Positions 26,508 through 41,896 of a stretch of 64,000 nt of DNA are shown piece after piece. This DNA is from Eledone cirrhosa (Eukaryota). The position numbers were made by a program, and so were the translations under genes. The first letter of the stretch is position 1, and every line of letters begins with the position of its first letter. A model generated the notes under the pieces. That model saw only the letters and a program-made list of their open reading frames with translations, was not told the DNA's origin and made no database searches. The DNA is taken from positions 111,166,001 to 111,230,000 of the forward strand of contig OZ024743.1 of assembly GCA_964016885.1 (NCBI GenBank), given 5' to 3'.

Positions 26508-27349
26508 CATGTTACCATACTGTTTGTATCTAAACTAATCCTATACAGCTTTTTTAAATCTCAAATAAAATCTCCACGAAATACGAAATGTTGCTGAAAG
26601 AGATAGAATTATGTCAATAAAGTTACACTATTGCATGCAAAGTATTGAACACTGAAATGTTATACAATTCATAGAAAATAGAAAACATTGCCACAGAAAA
26701 TAATTGCAAATAAATAGTCTCACTCACCCACATATGTCAATAAATATATATATGATTTGGAATTCGACAACGAATGTCAGTTTTGTTGTGTATATATTTC
26801 AGTTTTTGCATATTTAAGAAGAATTTAGTATTCAAGATGAAAGGAAAAATTTACTCAATGAGGGTATTTGTTTTGTTTTTTTAATTATTTCTTTGTCTGG
26901 TAAGTCTTACATATATTTTATATTAATTTCAAGTTATTAAAATTTGCGTAGTAAAACATAATAAATCAATAAATATTATCTCATATCTGTGATCATGGTT
27001 TTAGACATGAATTCGTTCTCAAACGACAGAATATTATAATGTTGATAATCATGTTTCCCCTAAAATATATATTTATTAAATAGTTTTCCCTATACCAATT
27101 TGGACATCTTTAATGAATTATATACATAAACAAACAAAATTCTAAAAGGAATTAATTTGTGGATGATTACATATATCCGCAATATTTTCAACTTATATTT
27201 ATGAAATAAGGTGTTGATTGCTATGCTCTTCAAGAACCAGAATACAGTAAGTTTCTCATGGGCTAGAAAACTTGCAGTAACAACATAAAGCACACCCATT
27301 GGAACGGTATGCTGTTTTCTTTTCAGTTCGTTTAGAAATAATTGCCTCT

Positions 27350-27599
<250 letters not shown>

Positions 27600-27600
27600 A

Positions 27601-28443
27601 GGAGAATAGGATTGGCTGTGTAGTTGCTAGTTAAGTCAGGCTTAATATTGGAATTAAAATAAGAAGAAAGCAAGAACGGCGGTGGGGGAGTTTACCCCAT
27701 CACTTGTCTACTGGGAGGTCTCGCATATTTCAACCCTTTAAAGACAATATATCTACATCCAGAGCGTTCAATATCTGGGTAAGTTATTGGGAAAACGGAG
27801 CGAGGGAAGGAAAATAGAAGGGAAAAGGGAACAAAAGAGAAAACAGCTAAAAAAACAAGCCGAGCAATGTGCGAGCAACTTAAGGTAAACAAATCCAAGA
27901 CCACAACGACAACTGAACTTAAGTTCGAGAGCGTGTGGGCGAACGAAAATACACGACCGACCCAAGCGTGTGTAAGAGCAAAAAAGGACTGCTAGAGGGT
28001 CAGGCGAGGGAAACAATGAGGTGGCTGGTAGAGAGAGGGTGAGTGAAAGTGAGAGGCAGAAAGGGAGAGGAAGAAAGAGGGGAAGAGTAGATAGTAACGA
28101 AATAGGTAGGTAGAAGGAGAGAGAAGACGGGTCACAGCGAAACATGATAAAATATATGGAGAGTAGGATTGGCTGTGTAATTGCTAGTTAAGGTAGGCTT
28201 AACATTGGAATGAGAATAAGAAAAGAGTAATGACGAGGGGTGAGTTTTCCTCATCAGTTGTCTACTGGGTGTCTCGGATATTTCCACGCTTTAAATACAA
28301 GATATCCACGCCTAGAGCGTTCAATAACTGGGTAAGTTATTGGGAAAACGGAAGGAGGGAAGGAAAATAGAAGGGAAAAGCGAAGAAAAGAGAATACAGC
28401 GAAAACACAACAAACCTAGCAATGTGTGAGCAGCTTAAGGTAA
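27601..28443. repeat. Partial tandem duplication (about 290-bp repeat, about 560-bp period)
   Basis: taggattggctgtgt...aaggtaa at 27601-27888 and 28158-28443. Confidence 0.85.
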
Positions 28444-29351
28444 GAATATACATATATATATATATCAAATAAAAAAACGGAGTTAATTACTCAGGTTAAT
28501 CCCCTGTAACTTAATGAGCTCGGGGAATATGTACCGGGCTCTTCATTATACAGGATATAGAGAGGAAAACACAGAAAGCGTGTTTTTTTTCAATTAGGAG
28601 TGATAGAGAACCACTACGAAAAGTGTGGAAAAAACATAATAATTAAAACGTTAAATTAAAATGTACAGATCTACCTTTATAAATATAAAAAAAAACACCT
28701 GGACAAACTCAAAAAAGAGAATGCTTCGCCATATACAGTGCTGGTGCCATAAGTTCTCAGGTCTTGTCGGCATGTGTAAAGAAGATACAGTCAACAATTC
28801 TAAAGAGATTTTAGACAACTGAAGTATCTCACATGGTGAGATAAATGGAAACATGCTTGCCAGACAGTGCATGGTGGATTGAATGGATAAAAAACCGCTA
28901 GAAATGGCAGCATATAAGTATTCAACTTAAAATATTTAACTAACATACAGAAATTAGGAGACAAAATATCACATGAAAAATATTAAATGAAAATATCCGA
29001 ATCAAATATTTTATCTGTACTCTGTGTTTGCTGAAATTCCATTATATTGATTAGCTAATTATGGAAATCTCGCCTGGTGATCTCACAAGAATCTGACATA
29101 ACCAGGCAATTGAAATATATATTAGTGTTAGTTGCAATAATAGCACTTTAAAGGGACTTGATCAGCCTGGCGTCCTGTTAATTTAAGCACATTAATATTT
29201 AACTCCGTTCTTGCAACAGGCACGGCATTTAACAACAACGATGGAAGATATACGTAACATAGGGTGTTTTTCTTACTATTACATCTTTTTTAATTAAACA
29301 GAATGACCAGGTGTAACAATTGGGAGCCACAAACACACACACACACACACC

Positions 29352-29392
<41 letters not shown>

Positions 29393-29394
29393 GA

Positions 29395-29447
<53 letters not shown>

Positions 29448-30779
29448 TATGTGTATATATATATATATATATATATGCATATGTATATATATATATATGT
29501 ATATATATACATACATATATACATATATAAATACATATTGATTAATTGATTCCTTACTAACTAGATTAATACTCAAGCATACATCAGTATATGCGTTCAC
29601 ATCCTTACGTACACTCATACATATAGTAAAGTAAACATATCAATTGTAATTGTGGCCTATTGAATAATTGTTTACGCCCTGTCAATTAGTAATTAGTTAC
29701 TTAATATATGGAATTGTTCTTAATACTTCAAAGTATTTTCACTATACATTTCAGGCCTAATTACCCATGGAAGTGTTTTGCTTTATTTCAATTCAGTAAC
29801 TATTATCTGTTCAGTTGTAATAAACTTAAACATTGTTACTTGATCCCCTTCAATTTATACATACAGTGGTCTGTTTTCTTATCACTTGTACGTTATGAAT
29901 CTTTTGGAATGTACTGGCTTCACGTTTCTTTGATTAGTTGCTTTCGTTTAACTGTTCCTGTCATTTTTCAACACAATAATGCATGTATATATACCTTAAA
30001 GGCATTGAAACTATATTGTGTTGAGTGTTTAAGATCCAATGTTGCTAGGCCAAACAACCTTACTTTGTTGTTATCTTAGATGTCATGCACAGACACATTC
30101 TCAGGCAAATTAAACGGTATGGCTTATATATAATCTTTTATATGGCGCTGGATCCACCCTTGTTTGTGTTGAATTTTCACGTAAAGTCTTATGTAATGTT
30201 TATATTACAATTACAACAGAAGGCCATTGTTTGGAGGTAATTCAGAACCCGAGCATGAATTTTTCCAATCGCATTTTGTTTTCAAATGTTTTCGGAAAGT
30301 GAGCAGTATATATTATTGCTGTGTTGTGTGATTATAAATATTTTGCATTTCTGTTATCTCTATTTGCAGGTATTAACTGCTTCCACATCAGGTAGTTGTC
30401 TTTATATTCCTTTGGGGTAAAAGTTCAGTTCTGCAAGATTGTATAAATATTGTGCTGCCGTTTTACTTTCTAATGTTTCAAATATTAAAAAGATTGCATA
30501 CAAAGTAATATATCTCTAATATAAAATACCCGATGTGACTGTCTGAGGATCGCATTTAACAATGTATATCAAGATGGGAGAAAGAGTAAACATTATATAC
30601 AGATTGATTTAACATATGGAATTTAGAGGACATACACTTACTGACCGGGGAAATAGTGAAATAGAGTTGTGAACAGAGAAGGTGGTACATGTGTTGTCCA
30701 ATAATTTAATACTATAACACAATGATGTACAGCTGTCTTTCATGATCTTCTCACGTTCCCTTTCATCTCTTATTAACCC

Positions 30780-33165
30780 TATAGCGACAGAGGAGTGTAC
30801 AGGACTAACCATTTAGAAACATACACTAATACATCGGCGAATATGCAGCATCTTATCTTGATGTTGTCCTGTGACAGAGACTAATCTCTGATCAGGCTCT
30901 GCTGTTTGCGAAACAGTTTGGAAGAGCACGCTGCTCAACTCTCGTGATAGACATGCTAAATTATTGGCAGCAGAGAAATTAAAGATCAACCTTTGTTGCT
31001 GGAAAGCTGGAAAAATTCGGACTAGATTTCAAACCGGTCATAAAGTATTTCACTTGTAACTAAGTAACTTCAAAGACTGCTATAGATATGGCAGCTCGCA
31101 CAGAAACACGTATGACAGGTGAAAATCTGTTGACGGAAACATCATTAGAGGTTCAATAGCGTTGGGCGAGCGTTGAGAAAGTGGAGTTAGTTTATCTATC
31201 AGAATAACATGATTAGAACATATACAGTGCCTGTCTAGCTTTAAAGTATAAACGTTATGTGACATTCACGTTATTTTTAATTCACGTGATGGCAAGGACT
31301 GTGAGACCTGGAATGTTCTTTACCGGCATAGCTTTGGTAAATTAAATGAAAATAGATTTGAACATTGCTCAGATCCCTAATTTGATGATTTGCAAGACTT
31401 TCTTCAGACACCAACAGAAATTTACATGGATTCGTCCGATATCAAACCATGGATACAAGACGGATTTTATTATCATCCGGGACAACGTCCGTGGGATCAT
31501 AAAATTAGGATCTGTAGGAAAGGTAGTCTTTAATCTGATCCTGGATTGCATATTGCATAACATATATCCACTAATTCTTTCAGAAAATGAATCTGGTTTC
31601 AAAGCAAGAAGTGGGACAGTGGGTACAATCTTCTCGTCTAGATAGCTACCGGAAAATTTCATAGAAGAGCATATGCTTTTGTACCAGTTTTTTGTCGACT
31701 TGCCTAAAGCGTTTGATATGAGGAAGCTTGTGAATCAATCTTAGTATATTAGAATGTTCACAGAATGTTTCACACTTCCTTAAACAACTACAGCGAGACA
31801 TGAATACCAGAGGTGTTTTTAATGGAAATTTCTCGGAATACATGTATGTGTTAAGCGAAGGAACATACCTGCTCCAACACTCTTCGCAGTATATTTTGCC
31901 GTTCTCTTTGCTTTCGCATTTGACAACTGTCCTTGAGCATTAAAACGTGGGTTTCCGAAGATCTTCGAAAGTTTTTAATTAAAGGAGATTTAATAATAAA
32001 TGTGTTGATTCGGGGATTTTCTGGGGTGATGATGCGCACTATAGTGCGCACACAGAAGCAGAAAAGAAGTACGCAAGGAATACATTTTCTGAAATATGTT
32101 GTGTCAAACATGTATGTGAATAGGTCTGGGTTGGTGGCGGTGAATGCATTGGGGTATATTGGCAGTGTTCTGTCTATGGACAGGATTGAGATGCAGAATT
32201 ATAACTTCCAGTACAGAAGGCAAACATTTCATTTGGATAATTTGTGAAAAGAACGTTGCCTGAGTGAGGCATAAGACTAAGGACAAACATAAAAGCATGC
32301 ATCTGAAGTAGGTGTGCATGCAGTAATTTTGTATGTGTGTGAAGCATTGACAGGCGGTATTTCAAGATACTTGAAAGGAATCCTAAGGTAGATACGCGGT
32401 ATTAAATAGGGAAATATCTCACCTGTTGTAGAAGTTACACAAACGACGGTGTGCTCCACAATCAGTTCCCTTTTCATTAGCATTCATATGCGTTGGGTAG
32501 GTCATCATGTACTTATCAATGACGCGTGGCTTCCAAAGGAAATATTTTACTGTGAACTTTTCCAAAGAAAAATACCACAGCAAAAGCCTAAGAAAATGTA
32601 CAAGTTACGTATTAAGAAACATGTTAAATGCCTGGGTTTAGATGCAAATCAATGGGCAAATCAAGCTCTTTAATACATGGAGAAGGACAATTCAATGAGT
32701 GTGTCAGCTATTGGTGAAAACGAAGATAAAAGCTAAATCGAGTACTTAATATGACTGAGAGGGTAGGGTTTGAAAATGTTGACTATTGGAATTGAAGTTT
32801 GTCATCGTATCCTTCTCTAAAGTCGCTTTTGTAAACTATATGAATATGCATTAGCATACAGGGACAGATTATGTTACACATATTCATGCATCTCCAGATT
32901 TTACTATTTGTCCAATTTGTGGCAAGATATGTAAGAGAACATCCGGGTTAAAACGCCATATGAAGTTTCCTCAAAATGAAATTCCATATACTGATGCAAG
33001 AAAACCAGTACAGACATTGGCATACACCAGTTAGTTGTGCCAAAGTCCTTGTAAATCAGTTATTCGACAGAAAAGTACCTTCGTGCACATGGAAGGTTTT
33101 GAACTCTTTGTTGGGATTGCAATGCTGCCGAGATGTTTATCATCTGGAAGATGAAGCAATCATCA
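30780..33165 (+). mobile_element. Old RTE/BovB-like LINE, heavily degenerate
   Basis: SENESGFKARSGTVGTIFSSR, FVDLPKAFD, MRWVGH..LPKEIFYCEL..KPKKMYK, and C2H2-like CPICGKICKRTSGLKRHMK near 32905-32965. Confidence 0.8.
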
Positions 33166-33292
33166 TATTTGTATGTATGTATGTATCTATCTATAAATGT
33201 ATATATGTATGTATGAATGTATGAATGAATGTATGTATGTACGTGTATATGTATGTATGCATATATGTATACATGTATGCATGAATGTATGC

Positions 33293-33328
<36 letters not shown>

Positions 33329-34495
33329 GGATGTATGTATGTTTATATAGATAAATATATATATATGGATGTATGTATGTTTATATAGATAAATATATAT
33401 ATATATGGATGTATGTATGTTTATATAGATATATATATATTGATGTGTTTGTTACTATTTTTGTGTGTTTGTGCATGTATATGTGTGTTTTATTGTGGTG
33501 GGTGTGGTAATGCCTCATACTTTGAACAGCATAATCTATACTTTCATCTACCTCACTTTACTCTTTACATCATGCATCTCTTTAACACTTCTATCTCTCA
33601 CAAAGTCGCTATTTCTTTATAACTCTTATACTATCTCTCTATTTCCGCCCCTCGTCTCTCTCTCTCTCTCTCTCTCAATATTCATCACATTCTCTATCTC
33701 TTAAATTCAAACTACTCTCTATACTGTTTGTTAAAGTTAAGCACAACACCTCAGATTGTATTTATTGGATCTGTGTGAAGCCTTAAGATCCTTTATCACC
33801 TCATCGTTGATGTGAAATAGAAGGCATACACCTTCTCACAGATACGAAAACAAGCCTACACAACCACATATACATTTACGCATGTGACTATGCATACATT
33901 ATGAGTTACTCACACATGAATTTCTGCTTATATACATACACACATCATCGGCGAAATGAAAGATCAAAATAGAACTAACCTAATAATCGAAAACGAAATG
34001 AAAGATGACATTTTTCTTTGATAGACATTCATGCTTCACGCATTTTTCTTTAAATAGTTTGATGACATCTAATTAAATTATCGGTTCATTTCAATGTTTT
34101 CCTCCCTTTTTACAAAAAAATGTTGTAAATTAAATGTTGCAAGGCGTCAAACATCAATAAACTAATACGTAATAAAGTTAACTTGTTGGATTATATTTTT
34201 CAGCCGCTAAACTAAATTGGGAACATTAACCGAGCAAGTTTTGAGGCTGTAGCACAGAAACACCAATAGCCATCATTTATACAGAAGTTGGACGTATGTC
34301 ATTTCACTCCCAAATATTTGCGATATCCTTTCATGTGCCCTTTCTAATTTTTTGTGTAATTGTAAAATATGCGTCACCATTGCTAAAATATGTATGTTCT
34401 AGAGGAACCTATGATGAATTTGATATTTTATGTTAAATATACATTTAATGTGACAGACCTTCCGAGTCTCAACAATTCTTTTTACTATATGCACC

Positions 34496-34599
<104 letters not shown>

Positions 34600-34651
34600 G
34601 AAGAAGTTAATATGCCCATGGGTACTAAGTATTTTGCTTGTTCTGCTTATC

Positions 34652-34715
<64 letters not shown>

Positions 34716-35136
34716 TATATATCTGTGTGTGTGTGTGTATGTATGTGTGCGCGTGTGTGTAGATAGATAGATGTGTGTGTGTTTGTGTAATGAAAAGTAT
34801 CCGCTAGTGAGAAAAAGAAAGAAGGAAACCAGTGTCCCCATCTAGTGTAAGAGAACTGATAAATGATCTATTTATGTTAAAAACAGAACAAGTAAAGTGC
34901 TACCATAGATTTCAAGGATCAGTAATGCTAATCTTCATAGATTTTGAACGGTAGTGCAAAATACGTTCGAACATGCGTTCGAAACGACTATAATACGGTT
35001 CTGACTATCCTCTAAGTATTCTGCACAACCGTGCACAATTTGAGGATTTCGCTACAACTGGAATTTAAAATGTAAGGAATCACTTTACTTACCCCGTGCA
35101 TCGACATATACAATATATATATATATATATATATAT

Positions 35137-35280
35137 GAAACATGTTTAACCCCCGACGGCAGACCTCAAGCCGTTTCGACGGCTATTTCATTCCAGAAAT
35201 ACCCACTCTACTACCCTAAGTATTGAGTATTCTGGTGCGTTATGGTCCATCTAGTTCCTTACCACACCTTCTTCGTTATA
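35137..35280. mobile_element. Family B short element copy
   Basis: Shares one hairpin arm and the tail with 5964-6165; (TA)n flanks. Confidence 0.8.
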
Positions 35281-35385
35281 ATTTATATATATAAATATAT
35301 TGATAGATATATAGATAGTTATCTCCCAAACATCGATCTATTTAGGGTTTACCATCCTCAGGGAAGTAATTAACTATCTATCTAC

Positions 35386-35420
<35 letters not shown>

Positions 35421-35421
<1 letters not shown>

Positions 35422-35800
35422 CATCATCATCATCATCATCATCATCAGGTTTAGCGTCCGTGTTCCACGCTTGCATGGGTTTGGACGGGGGTTTTCCCAC
35501 TTGAGGCAAGAGTGGTTGTCTTGCTCGCATAGGACTGTCTGGCGGGTTTTCTACAGTTGGATGCCCTTCCTAACACCAACCACATTTACAGTGTGGGGCT
35601 GGGAGGTTTTTACCGTGTTGCCTACACGGCCACATTACAGCGTGGACTGTCTGGCGGGTTTTCTACAGCTGGATGCCCTTCCTAACACCAACCACATTTA
35701 CAGTGTGGGGCTGGGAGGTTTTTACCGTGTTGCCTACACGGCCACATTTACAGCGTGGACTGTGTGTTTTTTGTCGTGACACCTACACGATCTCATTTGT
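35421..35800 (-). mobile_element. SINE/LINE 3'-end-like repeat with (TGA)n tail and internal ~113-bp tandem duplication
   Basis: (CAT)n at 35421-35446; ggactgtctggcgggttttctacag.tggatgcccttcctaacaccaacc repeated at 35532 and 35644. Confidence 0.65.
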
Positions 35801-37744
35801 TTCGGCCTGGATGTTGTGGGACCAACATAACTGTACATTGAAAGGGGCGGTGTGGATGGGGTGGAGGTGGTGGGACGGGGGGGTGTTTTGATAGAGATGC
35901 CTACTGACTGTAGTAGGTTTTTACTTTGTATTTAGGTAAGGCAGGTCTTCTCTATTACTGAGTACCGCCAAAGGTCTCGGTCCAGTGACATTGTCTTGGA
36001 GAGGTGTAAGCGTGTGAGGTCGGATAGATGGGTAGATAGATAGTTCATATATATCTATATATATATATGTATGTGTGTGTATATATATATATACACACAT
36101 ACATACATATATATATATATATGTGTGTGTTGGATGGGGGGGGGGGGTTAAAGTACATTCCGTCCACATTCATGTTCATTTGGTTAATGACTGACTGTCT
36201 CAGTAACTGCACAAAATAGCACACTAACTACCTTATGCTATTTTACTCTGAATTCTAAAGTTATTATTTTTACCATCATTACATTTTAGAGAAATTTTCT
36301 GGGTTCATATTGCTTCCAAACGCCTCCACAAATCGGATGATTTTTTTTTAACGTTTGGCTCTAACTGCAAGTTGTTAACTTTAAACTTGTATGAAGTCTT
36401 TGTCTGTCGTCCATTAAGTTGTGGTAAACGTCTTCGGTAGGTTTTCGTGGCAGACAATTTCCCGTCTCTTAATTTCTTTTACCCGATTTTCTAAAGCTTA
36501 GATTTATAGGAATCGACTGTTTACAATATTTTACCTGCGAGTATAAATGTATATATACATATACTAAATGTGTCTTTACTCACTACTGGTAATATATAAC
36601 CTATTACAACCTCTGTTATGGTCAAGTTAACGATGAATAAGACTGCAGCCCCTCCAAGCTTGCCTGATAAGGAGGGTGATTTTGGGGCGTAATAAGTGAC
36701 GGAAACAAAATTCATTAAGAAAACCGAGGCTACTTGAGAATAACAGCCCTCTAATACCTGAGGTGTCATGTTCACTGGGGGAATGGTAAAACTTTGCACC
36801 AAATCATTGCTAACCAAATTACAAAAAAGTGTAGTTTGTCCAACTCAAAATATCACGACTATAAACAATTAAGTTATGCGTTAGCTCAACAGCTCTACAT
36901 GTTCTAAACTTTTCATATTCTAGCATTAACACAAAGTCCACTGCCTAGAGGGCAAAAGCGACAGGGGAACGTTTATTAGAGAAAGTCCTACATAGACGCT
37001 ATAATCAGAGGATGGCCGTTCATGCCAATATATATGCTGTTTCTGATGATCGAGTCCTTTGATGGTGACAAATCAGTTATCTTTTGACATAGCACTGCTA
37101 TCACTATATATGAAGGGGGAAATGAAATCAGCCCTAAAAAGTTGCTTGCTCAATCTATTCACTTGACCGTTAAACGCCATTGTATGTTTAAACAAATCTA
37201 TTACTTTTTGACTCCTGAAAGAGAGCAGCACAAATCTGGGAGTAAGAGCAGTGCTCATCTGCTCAGCACTCAATAGATATATATATATAATATTGACATT
37301 TGGGTCTTCACTGAAACCTGACACACTGGCACATCCCAACGTTGGAGAAGGTAACACAGTCCTCTGGTCGGAAAATGTTAATATGATAACCAACAATCTG
37401 GGGTTGACTTTATCATTAGATCTGATGTGGCTAATTCCCTAACATCATTCCCCATTGGTGTCTGGGATAGTAACATCCCTTTCCCTCTAGTCAATGTTCA
37501 CGCTTCAACACTCTATTAACCTAAGCATGATATTGAAACCTTCTATGTTTAGATTCCGTACAAGATCAAGATCAACATGAATTGTCATTGCTGGAGAAAG
37601 AAATAACTATCAAATTTGGCCTGAAGGTTTTAGTTTAATGAAGTCGGGGCTATGAAATCAATTGGGCTTAGACCTCTTTAACTATGATACGAATGCGATC
37701 TTAGTATCACTAATAGCTGTATGTAACAACCTGCGAGCCAAAGG

Positions 37745-38330
37745 ATATCAGTTGATTCGATCATCGGAACAGTCTGCTCGTGAATTTAATGTGCAAGTGG
37801 CTGAGAATTCCGCAGACACATGTAGACTCGAAATTGTCCCTAGCGAGAATCAGCGTGAGACAGTATGACACAAACCTATGATTTGAATAACAGGTTTAAT
37901 TTGTTTTCACCGTCTGAGTGGACATAAGCAACGTGAAGTATAATAGGTTGCTCAAATATCTGCAGTATGGCCGAATGTTTAGGCATTTTGTTTGCAATTA
38001 TTTGCTCCTAGGATCGATCCCATTATGTAGTATCGTGAGAAACTGATCAACCCATGCCTTATGAATGGTGTTGGCTGGACTACAAGTGTAAATTGAATGC
38101 GCAATTTTGCGTCAAATTCACAAGCAGGCTGTTTCGAAAGTCTTATTATTGGCAGACTCATCGTCGAAACGAATGGAAGTCAGTTCTATTCCATTCGTAT
38201 AATGAACATACATATGTCTCTGTGTGCATATGTTCCGCTGTAATAATGTCACGCCTACCCCAATAGCTATGTAAGAACAATAAATACAGGCCGATTTATT
38301 TCAACCAAGCTACTCTTAAATTCCTCAGTG
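37745..38330. repeat. Dispersed repeat, second SINE-like family
   Basis: gttgat.cgatca.cg.aaca..ctgctcgtg shared with 53340-53630; inverted fragment near 38080-38170. Confidence 0.6.
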
Positions 38331-38477
38331 TAAAATGTTGTGGTGGAGAGTTTTCTAATTTGGTAGTGGCTACATTCTTCTCGAGCCAGTTTTTAGTTTT
38401 CTTTTGTTTTTAGAATCATTTAAAAAAATAGGTTTTAACATTTATTCATAATCTGTTATTGTATAGCATTATTTGTC

Positions 38478-38667
38478 CTGGATTGGCAGTATTGGTAGAG
38501 GGTCGGACGCCATGCTTTGACGCATAGATTTACGGCCCTTGCCATTCTGAGTTCAAATCCCGTCGATGTTAACTTTGCCTTTCATCCTTACGGGGTCGAT
38601 AAAATAAAGTACTAGTAATACACTGGCATAATTGCTGGCCTTGTGCCAAAAGTAGAAACAATTATTT
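38478..38667 (+). mobile_element. tRNA-derived SINE
   Basis: ctgagttcaaatcccg B-box-like motif, family core, and gtagaaacaattatt end. Confidence 0.82.
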
Positions 38668-39684
38668 GTCATCGTCTAATTGGAGCATATAAATGTGATA
38701 TAAATGTGTCATTGAGAATATTAGATGAAGATTTATTTGGTCTTATGAAGTTTTCAACTATTAACAACTATATTAGTTATATTTACAAACATACAAATAC
38801 AGAATGTAGCCAAATACACTCTGATAAGCTTATATATGTACCCACTTATATGCTAGCACATATACACACAAACACATGTTAACGTTAACGAAATATCTCT
38901 TTTGGTAGTAAGAGTGTCATTAAGTGTCTGCGTGTTTGTTCTTTATTGTCGTAGAGGCATTATTTATTTTGAATATTTCTTTTTTATTTGGAAGAATGTT
39001 AATATAAATGTTGGCTAGTTCTATGTCCCTTAAGGAATGGTTGAAAAATGTATCAAGTGCACTCGAAATCACCGTTAGCTTTAGAAAAAATAACAACAAC
39101 AAAAATACATCTATGCGAAATCAATGTAATGCCCACATAATTTTTTTATTTTTAAGAAGTAAAAAATGAATAGTAAAACGAAGCATACAAATTATTAAAA
39201 ATTAAAAGGATACGAATTCCTGATAAAACAAACACACAGAACCTGAGGAAGGACGGAAAAAACTGTTACAAAAATACTCTTTGGACATTTAAGTGCCTGA
39301 AAGAAAGGAAAATATCCTGTCGAAAGTTCCCTGAATATATTAGCTACTATCTCGTATTTTAGCTGTTTACGCATGCATTTTATTGTGTTTTAAATGATTC
39401 GTTTATTGTAAATCTTCTCTTCATTTATTGATTTATTTAGTGATGTATTTATTTATTACAAACCTTCTTGAATTTTTGAGTCTGGCTGTTTGCTGTTGTT
39501 CTTTCCGATTTTGTTTTATATATATACTTTTTTTAATTCATTTAATTTAAGTCATGCAATAAATAGAAAGAAAGAAACAGAACAATTGATAATCGAAAAA
39601 CAAAGGTTAGAATCTAATATAATTGTATTTTATGCATTAATATTTTAACACAACCTTCGGTATCTTAATGTGTGTATGTGTCCG

Positions 39685-39745
<61 letters not shown>

Positions 39746-39766
39746 GGGGCGAGATAACGATATATA

Positions 39767-39823
<57 letters not shown>

Positions 39824-39845
39824 GGAGAGAGAGAGGGGGAGAGAA

Positions 39846-39891
<46 letters not shown>

Positions 39892-39926
39892 CTCTCTCCT
39901 GTTTCCCTAAAAATAAATATATATAC

Positions 39927-39987
<61 letters not shown>

Positions 39988-39988
<1 letters not shown>

Positions 39989-41749
39989 TAGCAGTTTAGC
40001 CCCGCGTTACTCGGGTTTGTTCATTTGCTGTGAAAAGTTACATACAGGTAAATGTTGCTTGAAAGCGCATAAGCTTATCAATTAAGTGCATAAAGCAGTT
40101 GAACGGCTTATTAATAGTTGCGAACCAATTAGCATTTTGGACAATCAATGATGGGTTAATAATTTTCCAATAGCGAATTTAGTAGACCAAATTTGATAGA
40201 TGGTGGCCCTGATGCCGCTGGGTGTCAGATCTGTCCGCTATCGGTGACCCTACCAGTTTTCCAGACGGCATAGCTCCAACACCTCCAACACCTGCACCAA
40301 CATCTATAGCACCTCTTTGTGGACGATATTGCATGTCACCCCTTGAGGAGTGTAAGCAAAAATTCCATTCCTGCTCCCTACGCGGGAACAGGCAATATAG
40401 AGTTGGCCATGGGAGATTAGCCAGTTTCAGTCTGAACACTCTGGCAATGAGATCATGTCTGTTCGGATAATTTTGCCCAGGAAAAAGTTCACGGGTTACA
40501 TTCCGATTCATATTTCTATAGCATTTATCTGTCATATAAAGTGTTATTTTCCGGGTTGTTATTTGCAAAAAGCCGATTGAAAATGCCCCAGATAAGCCGT
40601 ATGCTAATACGGAACGCTCCACTGCAGTGTTGTCATATAGTGTGTGAAGAGCGACAGAGAGAGTAAAGCAGTTATATTATAGAGAGTGGGGATATACGGA
40701 AGGTTCCATTCGATCATATACATTGCTTCTCTATCTGCAGTGGTGTCATATAGGGAATGAAGAGCGACAGAGATAGTAAAGCAGTTAAATTATAGAGAGG
40801 GGGAATATACGGAACGCTCCATTTGATCATATACATTGTTTCTCTCTCTTCAGTGTTGTCATATAGGGAATGAAGAGCGACAGAGAGAGTAAAGAAGTTA
40901 AATTATAGAGAGGGGGAATGATCATGATCGATTTTTTGCCCTTATTTTTGATTGATTTGAAACTGTTTTGCTTCATGACGTTCTCCTGACCAAAAGCAAT
41001 AATTGTCCCGACTTTGAATAGAATCCCGTGAAAAAAGTTTTATCAATTTTTTGTCTCATATTGAGAAAAACAAAGAAAGAAAATTAGAAAAGGACAACAA
41101 TAAAATATAATGTCTTTGTTGAGAATCATGTAAATAAATGCTTAAGATTCGTTATTGTTATGTTTGTTGATTTATAAATGCATCTGTTGCTTTTGAATAT
41201 TTGGTATTTGATGTAAAATGTAAGTGTGTAAAATGTAACGTTGCGAGAGCAGTATGTATTTAGTGGTATCGGCTTTTTAAATTTTTATATTTGATGTATG
41301 AGTGTCGTAAATGACTGTTTGTTGCTTAGGTTTCAAAGTTTGTGTCGCTTTCCTTCAAAAGAAGTGTTGTCGTTGTTCTAAACTGTAAAGGGTAGTAGAC
41401 GGAGGCAGTAACCTTTTAAAGAGAGTTGCAGAGGAGATTGAGAGTGGAGTAGAGGAAAAGATGAACCTTTTAAAGAGAGTTGCAGCATGCATGTAGTTTC
41501 ATATATTTTGATGGTAGTAGTGAGAGTAATGAAGCGTGTAAAAGAGAGGGTCACAGCATGTATTTAGTTTTATAGAATTGTTTTCATAGAAGCATGACAA
41601 TTGTTGCAAAAATAATTGCGCGGTAACCTGCCCTCGTAAATTGGCAGCACATTGGAAAAGAATTCATCAAAATCGCTAGAGAAATTTGGAAATGCATAAC
41701 AATCATACACACACACAGACAGACATCTACCGTTTTATATATATATGGA
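39988..41749 (-). mobile_element. Non-autonomous Helitron
   Basis: Minus strand starts TC(catatatatataaaa) and ends hairpin cccgagtaacgcggg + CTAG, inserted between A and T. Rep fragment RELFPGQNYPNRHDLIARVFRLKL. Internal ~110-bp minisatellite x3 (40607-40918). Confidence 0.88.
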
Positions 41750-41896
41750 TATATATATATAAAATTCATACGGATATATGCATATATTTAGACATATATT
41801 TAGACATAGTCCCAGATACATATATGAGTGTGGCTACATTGCACGGTGTAACTAAATTTAATTAAGCAAATATTTATTAATCAGAGATGTATATAT

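Noticed and set aside
28230-28262. CTGATGA on the minus strand
   Set aside because: No GAAA after a stem II, and not conserved in the other repeat copy.
38505-38570. tRNA-like B-box
   Set aside because: Part of a SINE head; no cloverleaf.
40607-40918. Regularly spaced repeats suggesting a CRISPR-like array
   Set aside because: Whole ~110-bp units repeat without unique spacers; Helitron-internal minisatellite in eukaryotic DNA.
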